NCBI GenBank assembly: GCA_037133755.1
Contig: JBAXNN010000008.1
Coordinates: 30,245-94,244, forward strand
Reading direction: 5' to 3'
Source: Thermoleophilia bacterium
GTDB lineage: Bacteria; Actinomycetota; Thermoleophilia; Gaiellales; F1-60-MAGs149
DNA: 64,000 nucleotides
Shown piece by piece: positions 54,258 to 62,948 of the stretch. How positions within the stretch are numbered: position 1 is the stretch's first letter; each line of letters opens with the position of its first letter. The position numbers and the translations under genes are program-made. Under the pieces are notes generated by a model. It searched no databases. It was not told the DNA's origin and saw only the letters and a program-made list of their open reading frames with translations.

Positions 54258-54956
54258 CTAGTACGCGCCGGCGTTGTCGATGTTGAAGTTATAAAGCTGG
54301 CGGGCCGAGCCGTAGCGCTTGAACTCGTCGACCTTCGCGTCGGCACCCGACACCTCGAGCAGTCGGCCGAGCTCTTCGCGATGGAAGTCCTTCAGCTCCT
54401 TCTCGATGCAGTCTGCGCCCAGGCCCTTGACGGAGCCGCGCACGTAGATGTGCGTCTCGTAGATCGAATCACCGAGCGCGTCGCCGGCGTCGCCGCACAC
54501 GACCAGCGTGCCCGACTGCGCCATGAATGCGCTCATGTGGCCGATGTCGCCCTTGACGACGATCTCGACGCCCTTCATGGAGATGCCGCAGCGCGCGGCC
54601 GCGTCACCGTCGACGACCACCAGGCCACCGCGACCCGTCGCCGCGCACGCCTGCGAGGCGTTCCCGGAGATGCGGATCGTGCCGCTCATGATGTTCTCGC
54701 CCACACCGACGCCGGCGTTGCCGTCGATCGTCACGTTGGCGTGCTTGTTCATGCCGGCGGTGTAGTAGCCCGTGTGGCCCTCGATCAGCACGTCGAGCTC
54801 GGCGTCGATGCCGACGGCGAGTGCGTGCGCGCCGTTCGGGTTGACGATCTTCCAGCTCTTGGGGCCGCCGTTCTTCGCGTCGTGCAGCCGCTGATTCAGT
54901 TCGCGCAGCGGCGTGACGGCGAGGTCGACGACCTCGATGTCGGTCGCAGTCGTCAT
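54258..54956 (-). CDS. GXGXG-motif protein (GltB C-terminal domain; GlxC/MgsB-like)
   Basis: ORF 54258..55106 trimmed to ATG 54956, which overlaps the upstream TGA. Repeated beta-helix G-x-G pattern: IDGNAGVGVGENIMSGTIRISGNA, VVKGDIGHMSAFMAQSGTLVVCGDAG. Confidence 0.85.
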   Translation of the reverse strand: MTTATDIEVVDLAVTPLRELNQRLHDAKNGGPKSWKIVNPNGAHALAVGIDAELDVLIEGHTGYYTAGMNKHANVTIDGNAGVGVGENIMSGTIRISGNASQACAATGRGGLVVVDGDAAARCGISMKGVEIVVKGDIGHMSAFMAQSGTLVVCGDAGDALGDSIYETHIYVRGSVKGLGADCIEKELKDFHREELGRLLEVSGADAKVDEFKRYGSARQLYNFNIDNAGAY

Positions 54957-55861
54957 CAGACCTTCTCCTTCTCCCACGCGTAGATCGTCGCGGGAGCGGG
55001 CTCCCACGTCTGCGCCTTCTCGGCGCCCGGCAACGTCGCGATCGAGCGGTACTCGGACGACATGGCGACCCACTCGTCTGTCTCGGCGATCACGGCCGGC
55101 TTGCACGCGATCGGGTCGCGCACCACGGCGAAGCCGTCGCGCGTGCCGATCAGGAACGTGTAGAAGCCGTCCAGATCCTCGAAGGCGTTGTCCATCATCT
55201 GCTGCATGGAGTCACCCTCGCGCTGGCGCCACATCATGTAGCCGGCGGCGACTTCGGTGTCGTTCTCGGTCTGGAAGCGGATCCCCTCGCGGCGCAGCAT
55301 GCGGCGCAGGCCGTTGTGGTTCGACAGCGAGCCGTTATGGACGAGACAGAGGTCGAGGCCCGTCGAGAACGGATGCGAGCCGGCGGTCGTCACCTTCGAC
55401 TCGGTCGCCATGCGCGTATGGCCGAGCGCATGCGTGCCGTTGAGAGACTTGATGTCGAACGTCTCGATGAACTGCTCGGGGCGGCCGGTCTCCTTGTAGA
55501 TCTCAATCGCCTCACCGGCGCTCATGATCTTGACGTCGGGGTACTGCTCCTCGATCCAGGCCTCGACCGGGGCCGCGTCATCGTGCGCCACGAGGACGGC
55601 ATGGTTGGCGCGGCGGACGACGTCGTTGTCGGCACCGAAGCGGTCGGCCAGCGCGTCGCGCATCAGCTCCCAATCGTGATGCGGGTCGTCGCACTGCAGC
55701 GTCAGCTTCGTGTTGCCAGACGCGACGGGATTGCGGTAGAAGGCAACGCCGGCACTGTCTGGCCCACGGTCGCTCATCTCGTACAGCATTGGCGCCAGGA
55801 GCGCCCCCAGGTTCGCCTCGACCTCAGGGGTCTTGGCGAACAGTCCCACGATTCCGCACAT
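54956..55861 (-). CDS. Class II (Ntn) glutamine amidotransferase (GlxB/MgsA-like)
   Basis: Only the last 301 codons of ORF 54956..56875. ATG 55861 has GGAGG upstream. MCGIVG N-terminal nucleophile; GHTRMATES; HNGSLSN. Confidence 0.85.
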   Translation of the reverse strand: MCGIVGLFAKTPEVEANLGALLAPMLYEMSDRGPDSAGVAFYRNPVASGNTKLTLQCDDPHHDWELMRDALADRFGADNDVVRRANHAVLVAHDDAAPVEAWIEEQYPDVKIMSAGEAIEIYKETGRPEQFIETFDIKSLNGTHALGHTRMATESKVTTAGSHPFSTGLDLCLVHNGSLSNHNGLRRMLRREGIRFQTENDTEVAAGYMMWRQREGDSMQQMMDNAFEDLDGFYTFLIGTRDGFAVVRDPIACKPAVIAETDEWVAMSSEYRSIATLPGAEKAQTWEPAPATIYAWEKEKV

Positions 55862-56041
55862 CTGTCGGCCTCCAAAACGTGTAGTCAGAGCGCACGGCAG
55901 GCGTCCCTGCCGGCATAGGCGGTAATGGTACAGACATTGGGCCTTTAGGGAAGGGAGAAGGGTGGTTCTCGTTGGACCGTCTTCGCGCGCCCCGTGTGTC
56001 AGGTGCACACATACGGCCCGCGAGCAGATACCGTGCAGCCT

Positions 56042-57592
56042 ATGTCGTACGACGTCGTCATCGTCGGCGGAGGCCACAACGGCCTGACCGCCGCTGCCTA
56101 TCTCGGCCTCGCCGGCCGCCGCGTGCTCGTCCTCGAACGGCTCGACGAGACCGGGGGCGCTGCGGTCTCCGAGCGCCCCTTCAAGGGCGTTGACGTGCGC
56201 GTCTCGCGCTACGCGTACCTCGTTTCCATGATGCCGCGCGAGCTGATCAGCGAGCTCGACCTCGATCTCGACCTGCGCTCGCGTGAGATCTCGTCGTACA
56301 CGCCGACCCACCGCGATGGCCGCGACACCGGCCTGCTCGCCGCCCGCCACGACGCGACGACCGCGCTGTCGATGCGGTCCCTCACGGGGACCGATAAGGC
56401 GTGGGCGCAATGGCAGGCGTTCTACGGCGACGCGCAGGAAATCGCCACGCGCCTCGCCCCCACCCTGCTCGGCACGCTGCCGTCGAAGGACGAGGCACGC
56501 GCGCTGTTCAGCGACATCCCTCATGTCTGGGAGGCGTTTGCCGAGCGCCCGCTGGGCGACTGGATCGAGCGTTCGATCGACGACGACCTGCTGCGCGGTG
56601 TGGTCCTGACCGATGGTCTGATCGGCACCTTCGCCTCGGCCAATGACCCGTCGCTGCAGCAGAACCGGTGTTTCCTCTACCACGTGGTCGGCGACGGCAC
56701 GGGTGACTGGAAGGTCCCCGCCGGCGGCATGGGCGCGGTCTCCGGTGCGCTCGACCGCGCAGCACGCAAGGCCGGCGCCGAGATCCTGACCGGCGCCGAT
56801 GTCGTTGCGATCCGCGAGACGCCCGATGGCGCCGAGGTGACGTGGCGCGACGCCACGGGCGAGCACACCACACACACGCCAACCGTCCTCGCGAACGTCG
56901 CTCCGACTGTCCTCGCGCGCCTGATGGGCGACGAGCCGCCGCAGCCAAAGCCCGTCGGCCCCCAGCTGAAGGTCAACATGGTGCTCAGGCGCCTACCGAA
57001 GTTGAAGAGCGGCCGTGATCCGCGAGAGGCCTTCGCTGGCACGTTCCACGTCGACGAGGGCTACGCCGAACTCGAGACCGCGTACCGCGAGGCCAAGAGT
57101 GGCAAGCTGCCCTCGAAGCCGCCGAGCGAGCTGTACTGCCACACGCTGACCGACCCCTCGATCCTCTCGGCCGAACTCCAGGCGAAGGGCTACCAGACGC
57201 TCACGCTGTTCGGTCTCCACGCCCCCGACGCGCTCTTCGCGGACGATCCGAAGGGCACCACTGCCGAGTATCTCGCACGCACGATCAGTGGCTTTGAGGC
57301 GCATCTCGCCGAGCCGCTGATGGACGTGATCGCGCTTGATCAGGATGGCCAGCCCTGCATCGAGGCCAAGTGCCCCCTCGACCTCGAGGACGCGCTCGGC
57401 CTGCCCGGCGGCAACATCTTCCACCGCGACCTGCAATGGCCGTGGGCGGAGTCGCCCGAAGAGGTCGGCACCTGGGGCGTCGCCACGCAGTACGACCGCG
57501 TGCTGCTCTGCGGATCGGGTGCTCGCCGCGGTGGCGCGGTCTCTGGCATCGCCGGCCGCAGCGCCGCGATGCACCTGCTCGGTCGCCGCTAA
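56042..57592 (+). CDS. Phytoene-desaturase-family (CrtI-like) NAD(P)/FAD-dependent oxidoreductase
   Basis: ORF 55994..57592 trimmed to ATG 56042. MSYDVVIVGGGHNGLTAAAYLGLAGRRVLVLERLDETGGAA; C-terminal GSGARRGGAVSGIAG. Confidence 0.8.
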   Translation: MSYDVVIVGGGHNGLTAAAYLGLAGRRVLVLERLDETGGAAVSERPFKGVDVRVSRYAYLVSMMPRELISELDLDLDLRSREISSYTPTHRDGRDTGLLAARHDATTALSMRSLTGTDKAWAQWQAFYGDAQEIATRLAPTLLGTLPSKDEARALFSDIPHVWEAFAERPLGDWIERSIDDDLLRGVVLTDGLIGTFASANDPSLQQNRCFLYHVVGDGTGDWKVPAGGMGAVSGALDRAARKAGAEILTGADVVAIRETPDGAEVTWRDATGEHTTHTPTVLANVAPTVLARLMGDEPPQPKPVGPQLKVNMVLRRLPKLKSGRDPREAFAGTFHVDEGYAELETAYREAKSGKLPSKPPSELYCHTLTDPSILSAELQAKGYQTLTLFGLHAPDALFADDPKGTTAEYLARTISGFEAHLAEPLMDVIALDQDGQPCIEAKCPLDLEDALGLPGGNIFHRDLQWPWAESPEEVGTWGVATQYDRVLLCGSGARRGGAVSGIAGRSAAMHLLGRR

Positions 57593-57599
57593 TCGCAGC

Positions 57600-58838
57600 T
57601 CAGCGAAAGCGACTCGGGTCGAGCAGCGGGTCGGTGGTATCCGCATCGCCCGTGATGCAATCGGCGACGAGCTCGCCCGTCACCGGCGCGAGCGTGATGC
57701 CGAGGGTGCCGTGGCCCGACGCGATGATCACGCGCGGATCGCCCGGCAGCGGGCCGATCAGCGGCATCGAGTCGGAGCTGAGCGGGCGCTGCCCCATCCA
57801 GATGTGGGAGGCCTCGTCCGGCACGCCATCGAGGTTGCGCTGGCCGGCCTCGCGCAGTGCGTCGACGCGGCGCATGTCGATCGTGTCGGGGTCCGTGCCG
57901 ATCTCGAGCGTGCCGGCGATGCGGATGCGCCCGTCGAGCGGTGTGGCGACGCAGTGTGCCTCGCTGAAGTAGATCGGGCGCTGCGCATCGGAGACGGCGC
58001 CCTCAAATTCGACGTGGTAGCCCTTCGCCGGTGTGATCGGCAGCGACGTGCCGACGTCCTCCGCGAAGCGACGCGTCCAGACGCCGGCGGCGACGACCAC
58101 GCGCTCGCACGTGATCGCCCCTTGCGTGGTGGCGAGACGGATGCGCGGTCCGGAGCGATCGATGCGTAGCACCTCGACGCCCTCGACGATCGTGCCGCCG
58201 TTGGCACGCACGCCCTCGCCGACGCACTCGGTGAAACGCAGCGAATCGACGTGCCCATCATCGGTGGCCAGTGCCCCGTGCGTCGCACCGCGCACCGACG
58301 GCTCAAGCGCCGCGATCTGCGTGGCGTCGAGCTCCTCGATCGCGAGCCCGGCATGGCGCGCCTCGGCAACCACCGCGGCGCGCTGCGCATCCGCATCGGG
58401 GCCGGACCAGAGGTTGAGCGTGCCGTTCATCACCAGACCCGTACCGAGCTCGTCGCTCCACTCACGATGCAGCTGCGTGCTGCGAAGCGCGAGCTCGCGC
58501 AGCAGCACCGTCCCCTCCTCCGCCCGCTCCTCGCTGAGCGATGACGCAGTGAAGCGCGCGACCCAGGCGAGCTCACTCGGCTTCGGTCGCAGCTTCAACG
58601 GCGCCTTCGGATCGAGCAGGAAGCGGAGCCCGCTCTTGAGCGCCGCAGGCGAAGCCGTGCGGTCCGAATGACTCGGCGTGATCATGCACGCCGTGCCCGC
58701 CGAGGCACCGCTGCCGATGTGGTTGCGCTCGAGCACCACTGTGTCGACGCCGCGCTTAGCAAGCAGATACGCCGCGCTGAGCCCGACGGCACCACCGCCA
58801 ATCACGACAACCTCAGCTGTGGTCGGAACCTCGTTCAC
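57600..58838 (-). CDS. FAD-dependent oxidoreductase, D-amino-acid dehydrogenase (DadA)-like DAO family
   Basis: VVVIGGGAVGLSAAYLLAKRGVDTVVLER..GSGASAGTACMITPSH..PLKLRP. This is the DadA-type N-terminal layout. Confidence 0.75.
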   Translation of the reverse strand: MNEVPTTAEVVVIGGGAVGLSAAYLLAKRGVDTVVLERNHIGSGASAGTACMITPSHSDRTASPAALKSGLRFLLDPKAPLKLRPKPSELAWVARFTASSLSEERAEEGTVLLRELALRSTQLHREWSDELGTGLVMNGTLNLWSGPDADAQRAAVVAEARHAGLAIEELDATQIAALEPSVRGATHGALATDDGHVDSLRFTECVGEGVRANGGTIVEGVEVLRIDRSGPRIRLATTQGAITCERVVVAAGVWTRRFAEDVGTSLPITPAKGYHVEFEGAVSDAQRPIYFSEAHCVATPLDGRIRIAGTLEIGTDPDTIDMRRVDALREAGQRNLDGVPDEASHIWMGQRPLSSDSMPLIGPLPGDPRVIIASGHGTLGITLAPVTGELVADCITGDADTTDPLLDPSRFR

Positions 58839-58890
58839 GCCCAGCAGGGTACTGGCGTTTTACGCCCAGCCGAAATGCGGCTGACGATGA

Positions 58891-59469
58891 TTAGCCGCGC
58901 AGCTTGGAGACCAGCCGCCACGCACCCGGCAGCAGAGCACCGGCCAGGTAGAGCTTCAGCAGGTCGCCCGGCACGAACGGGTACAGGCCGTACTCGAGCG
59001 TCGTCGCGACGTCGAGGCCCTGATCGTGCTTGAGCCAGACAAGGCCACAGGCGTAGATGATCACGGTGCCGGTCAGCATCGCGGTGACGGCCGACGAGAA
59101 TCGGCGGTCCCACTTGCGCTGGGCCAGAAGACCGACGACGACAGCCGCGAGGATGAAGCCGACGAGATAGCCACCCGTCGCGCCGATCACGACGTCGAGC
59201 CCGTGGGTACGATCCGCGAAGACCGGCAGGCCGACGATGCCCATCAGCAGGTAGACCGCAGCCGTGAGGCCACCGCGCACGGCGCCGTACGACGCGCCGA
59301 TCAGCAGCACGCCGAACGTCTGGAGCGTGATCGGCACCGGCGTAAACGGCAGCTCGAACGAGATCTGCGCGCACAGGGCGAGGAAGAGCGCGCCGCCGAG
59401 AATCAGCAGGGCGTCAGTGAGGATGCCGGTGCGCGGGACAACGGCAAGGCGAAGGGTTGCGGCGTTCAT
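58891..59469 (-). CDS. bioY: BioY-family biotin transporter S component
   Basis: ORF 58891..59610 trimmed to ATG 59469. PFTPVPITLQTFGVLLIGASYG..GATGGYLVGF..PFVPGDLLK. Confidence 0.85.
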   Translation of the reverse strand: MNAATLRLAVVPRTGILTDALLILGGALFLALCAQISFELPFTPVPITLQTFGVLLIGASYGAVRGGLTAAVYLLMGIVGLPVFADRTHGLDVVIGATGGYLVGFILAAVVVGLLAQRKWDRRFSSAVTAMLTGTVIIYACGLVWLKHDQGLDVATTLEYGLYPFVPGDLLKLYLAGALLPGAWRLVSKLRG

Positions 59470-59557
59470 AGCGAGCAGGGTACCAGCGTGGCGACCTGCT
59501 CGCAGGGGTGGTTCCCTCGCGTCTGCCGACCGCACGGGCCGACTACCACTGGATCCC

Positions 59558-60013
59558 TCAGGTATCGCAGGCAAGATCGACCTCGTCGACCCAGTCCAGT
59601 TCGGGCGCAACGGCCAGCAGGACGTGCTTCACACGTTTGACGTGCGGATTGCGGTTGAAGCGCAGCTCCGCCCCATCGGCACGTATGAAGGCGATCGCAT
59701 TGCGGCGCTCGGCGACTCGCGCAATGTCGTCGATGCCGAGTTCGAACATCGCACCGTCGGCATGGACGATCACTGCCGACGTCTCCGTGATCAGCTGGTC
59801 CTCGATCCACAAGCGCTCCCGCCCCAGCCAGCCAAGCGCCACGGCGCCGACAGCAGCGAGCAAAAGCACGGCCTGCCAGAGGTGACTCGACGTCGTGAAC
59901 GCACCCGCGACCAGGAAGGCGCCGCCGATCAGTCCAAAGTGAATCGCCGGCGGGCGTCGTCGATGCCGAAATCGCACGGCGGTCTGCGGCGGGGCTGCCT
60001 TTGCAACGCTCAT
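59558..60013 (-). CDS. Hypothetical membrane protein (two TM helices plus a small soluble domain)
   Basis: 151 aa with coding-like composition. No motif recognised. Confidence 0.45.
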   Translation of the reverse strand: MSVAKAAPPQTAVRFRHRRRPPAIHFGLIGGAFLVAGAFTTSSHLWQAVLLLAAVGAVALGWLGRERLWIEDQLITETSAVIVHADGAMFELGIDDIARVAERRNAIAFIRADGAELRFNRNPHVKRVKHVLLAVAPELDWVDEVDLACDT

Positions 60014-60076
60014 GCCGCCACCCTAGTGCATGCCCGAAGTGGCTTCGGTGACCGCGCCCACGCTACGGTTCTCCGC

Positions 60077-61486
60077 ATGAGCAACGCGATCTGGCAGCTG
60101 TCCGCAGTCGAGCAGGCGGCGCGCATCGCCGGCGGCGACCTCTCCCCCGTCGAGGTCGTGCAGAGCTCGCTCGACCGCATCGCCGAGGTCAACCCGCAGC
60201 TCAACTGCTTCTGCTTCACGTTTCCCGAGCGCGCGCTCGAGCAGGCTCGTGCCGCCGAGCAGGCTGTCGCTACCGGCGCGCCCCTTGGCCCGCTGCATGG
60301 CGTGCCGATTGCGATCAAGGACCTGACCGCGACCAAGGGTGATCGCACGACGCTCGGGTCGTACTCCCACGAGCATCACGTGCCCGACTACGACAGCGTG
60401 ATCGTGGAGCGACTGCACGCGGCAGGCGCGATCGTGGTCGGCAAGACGACGACGCCGGAGTTCGCGTACTCGAGCTTCACCCGCAGCCCCCTGTGGGGTC
60501 CGACCCGCAACCCGTGGAACCCGGCGCTCAACCCGGGCGGCTCGTCCGGCGGCTCGGCCGTTGCCGTCGCGACCGGCTGCGTGCCGCTCGCCGAGGGCAC
60601 CGACATGGGTGGCTCGGTCCGCATCCCCGCGAGCTACTGCGGCCTGGTAGGCCTCAAGCCCGCGTTCGGTCGCATTCCGCTCGACGTCGTGCCGTCGAGC
60701 TGGGACACGATCCACCACTTCGGCCCACTCGCCCGCACGATCGACGATGCGCGGCTGTTCCTCCTCGCGGCGGCCGGCTACGACGATCGCGACGCGCTGT
60801 CGCAGACGGCGACACTCGATTGGACGACACCGATCCCGAGCGATGTGCGCGGGCTGCGACTGGCGCTCGACGTCGATCTCGGCGACTACGTCGTCGATCC
60901 GCAGGTCGAGCGCGAAGTGCGTGCGGCCGCGGCGGCACTGGCCGAGGCCGGAGCGATCGTCGAAGAGGTAGACCTCGGCTGGACGCGCGAGGTGGCCGAC
61001 GCCTGGGGCGAGCATTGGAGTGTCTACCTCGCCGCGTGGTTCGGCGACACGCTGCCGGAGTACGGGGACAAGATGGACCCGACCGTCAAGCGCCTGATCG
61101 AGCACGGCCTGAAGCTGGACGCCGTCACGTTCAAGCGCCTCGAGCTCGTGCGCCAAAAGGCGTGGTCGCAGCTTGCCGCCGTGCACCGCGACTACGACGC
61201 GCTGCTCTGCCCGACGATGGCGCAGCTGCCGCTGCCGATCGATACCGATGAGTACGCGCACTACCGCACGCAGGACGACGGCCGCTACTACGCGCTCGAC
61301 ATAACGAGCCAGTTCAACTTCACGAGCCCGTGCCCCGCGCTGAGCGTGCCGGCTGGCTGGTCCGACGAGGGACTGCCCGTCGGCCTGCAGATCATCACGC
61401 GCAAGGATCGCGACGACGTCGCGCTGCGCATCGGCGCGGCCGTCGAGGCCGTCCGCCCGTGGGCGGATCGCCGCCCCGCGATCTAG
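60077..61486 (+). CDS. Amidase (amidase-signature family)
   Basis: In-frame tail of ORF 59264..61486 from ATG 60077. GVPIAIKD, GGSSGGSAVAVATG, GTDMGGSVRIPASYCG. Confidence 0.88.
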   Translation: MSNAIWQLSAVEQAARIAGGDLSPVEVVQSSLDRIAEVNPQLNCFCFTFPERALEQARAAEQAVATGAPLGPLHGVPIAIKDLTATKGDRTTLGSYSHEHHVPDYDSVIVERLHAAGAIVVGKTTTPEFAYSSFTRSPLWGPTRNPWNPALNPGGSSGGSAVAVATGCVPLAEGTDMGGSVRIPASYCGLVGLKPAFGRIPLDVVPSSWDTIHHFGPLARTIDDARLFLLAAAGYDDRDALSQTATLDWTTPIPSDVRGLRLALDVDLGDYVVDPQVEREVRAAAAALAEAGAIVEEVDLGWTREVADAWGEHWSVYLAAWFGDTLPEYGDKMDPTVKRLIEHGLKLDAVTFKRLELVRQKAWSQLAAVHRDYDALLCPTMAQLPLPIDTDEYAHYRTQDDGRYYALDITSQFNFTSPCPALSVPAGWSDEGLPVGLQIITRKDRDDVALRIGAAVEAVRPWADRRPAI

Positions 61487-61489
61487 GCG

Positions 61490-62062
61490 CTACGCGCCAC
61501 CGAGCCCCGGCCCGGGGTTGGGGCCCCACGGGTCGGCTCCATCGCTGGGCAGCGGCACGTCGATCGACGCGAGGTAGCCGGCGATCATCCGATAGACGCC
61601 GGCCAGCACGCTCAGCTCGAGCAGCCCCTCCACGCCCCACGTCGCGATCACGCGCTCCTGCAGGTCGGCGGGAATCGAGTGAAGCGCGAGCGCCTCGAGC
61701 GCGACCGCCACGGCATCGCGCTCCTCGCCCGACAGCGAAGCGTCGTCGTAGCGGCCGGCGCGCAGCGCCTCGATCGCCTCCTGCGGCATGCCAGCGCTCC
61801 GTGCCGTCGGCTCGTGCTTCGACCACACGTACGCGCACTTCGTCTCGTTGGCCACGGCCAGCGTTGCCGCCTCGCGGTAGCGATCGGGCACGGTCGCGGC
61901 GGTCCGGTAAAACCGTCCGATCTCGAGCATCATCTCGGCCAACCCGCGATGGAGCGTCAGCGTGCCGTACAGGCCATCGAGGCGCCCACGCTGCTCTTTC
62001 AGCTGCGCGTAGTGCGCCTCTTGGTCTGCATTCCGAATGCCGTGTTCGCCGAGGTCAGCCAT
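61490..62062 (-). CDS. Carboxymuconolactone decarboxylase (AhpD-like) family protein
   Basis: 190 aa. Helical CMD-like blocks (REAATLAVANETKCAYVWSKHE). Assigned from memory of the family. Confidence 0.6.
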   Translation of the reverse strand: MADLGEHGIRNADQEAHYAQLKEQRGRLDGLYGTLTLHRGLAEMMLEIGRFYRTAATVPDRYREAATLAVANETKCAYVWSKHEPTARSAGMPQEAIEALRAGRYDDASLSGEERDAVAVALEALALHSIPADLQERVIATWGVEGLLELSVLAGVYRMIAGYLASIDVPLPSDGADPWGPNPGPGLGGA

Positions 62063-62118
62063 GCGGAGAGCCTACTCGGCAGCGCCGTCCAGTCCCACCG
62101 GATTTCGCAACCCACCTG

Positions 62119-62160
62119 CTGACGTGATGGACGTGATGGGCCCGGGCCCATCACGTCAGG
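62119..62160. repeat. GC-rich palindromic repeat, family 1, third copy (arm variant)
   Basis: GACGTGATGGGCCCGGGCCCATCACGTC is a perfect 28-nt palindrome (62130..62157). It is preceded by a 9-nt direct duplication of GACGTGATG. Confidence 0.85.
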
Positions 62161-62233
62161 CAATTCGCCCTGGATCCCGCATGGTTACGTGTGCCGACTT
62201 CGTCACGTCCCCAAGGCTCTCGCAAATTGCGGA

Positions 62234-62248
62234 GATTCGACGCGAATC
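62234..62248. promoter_or_regulatory. Palindrome GATTCG-acg-CGAATC (second occurrence of the 48.07-kb core)
   Basis: Perfect 6-bp arms inside the 330-bp non-coding stretch 62063..62390. Confidence 0.3.
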
Positions 62249-62390
62249 CCGGCATGCGCGGCGCGCCGTCTGGCTTGGCCGACCGCGTTCCGTCAGTGTG
62301 CCGGTGCGGGCTCGCACAGGTTCGCATGAAACGAGCCAGCAATCACGTGGGTGCGCGCGCAGGTGCGTCCAAGCGCGATGCGACGCGCAC

Positions 62391-62948
62391 TCAGCCGCGC
62401 GGGAAGCGCATCAGGCCCGCCGAGGGCGTGATGACGGCGGCGACCGGTAGGTCGTGCGGCTCGGTCGGGACGGAGTCAAGAAGCTCGTCGTCGGCGACGA
62501 TCGCGATCACCTCGCCGGAGGCGCGCGGGAGCGAGCGGTCGTAGCAGCCGCCACCTTGTCCGAGGCGCTGGCCCATCCGATCAACGGCGAGCGCCGGCGC
62601 GAGAATGGTGTCGGCGTCGGCAATTGCGTCGAGGCCGAGGCGGGGCGCCGTGGGTTCAAAGAGACCACGCGCGACGGAGACGAGCCCGTCGGCGCCGGTG
62701 TACTCCGCCCAATCAAGGTTCATGTCGTCGAGCGTGATGGGCAGCAGCACGCGGCGGCCGTCCGCAACGAGCGCGTCGAGGAGCGGCAGCGTGGGCACCT
62801 CGCCCCCCGCACCCACGAAGGCCGTCAGCGTTTGGCCGGGGATGCTCGCCACGTGCGCAGCGAGGAGCGTGCCCCAGGCCTCGAGATCGGCATCGGAGCG
62901 TGTTCGACGACGAGCGCGGAGCTCGGTGCGCAGCGCCTGCTTATCCAT
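62391..62948 (-). CDS. 5-formyltetrahydrofolate cyclo-ligase
   Basis: 185 aa. ..GEVPTLPLLDALVADGRRVLLP.., LAPALAVDRMGQRLGQGGGCYDR (MTHFS G-x-G-G-G-Y-Y/F-D-R block). The ATG overlaps the upstream TGA. Confidence 0.85.
   Translation of the reverse strand: MDKQALRTELRARRRTRSDADLEAWGTLLAAHVASIPGQTLTAFVGAGGEVPTLPLLDALVADGRRVLLPITLDDMNLDWAEYTGADGLVSVARGLFEPTAPRLGLDAIADADTILAPALAVDRMGQRLGQGGGCYDRSLPRASGEVIAIVADDELLDSVPTEPHDLPVAAVITPSAGLMRFPRG

Noticed and set aside
55862-56875. Upstream 338 codons of the 639-aa ORF 54956..56875
   Set aside because: A class II amidotransferase must begin with Met-Cys (MCGIVG at 55861). The extension is antisense to the CrtI-like gene.
59471-59503. Biotin operator (BirA/BioQ site) upstream of bioY
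   Set aside because: The only symmetric element is a GCGAGCAGG-N15-CCTGCTCGC hairpin. It fits a terminator for the upstream gene better, and no TGAAC-type BioQ half-sites were seen.
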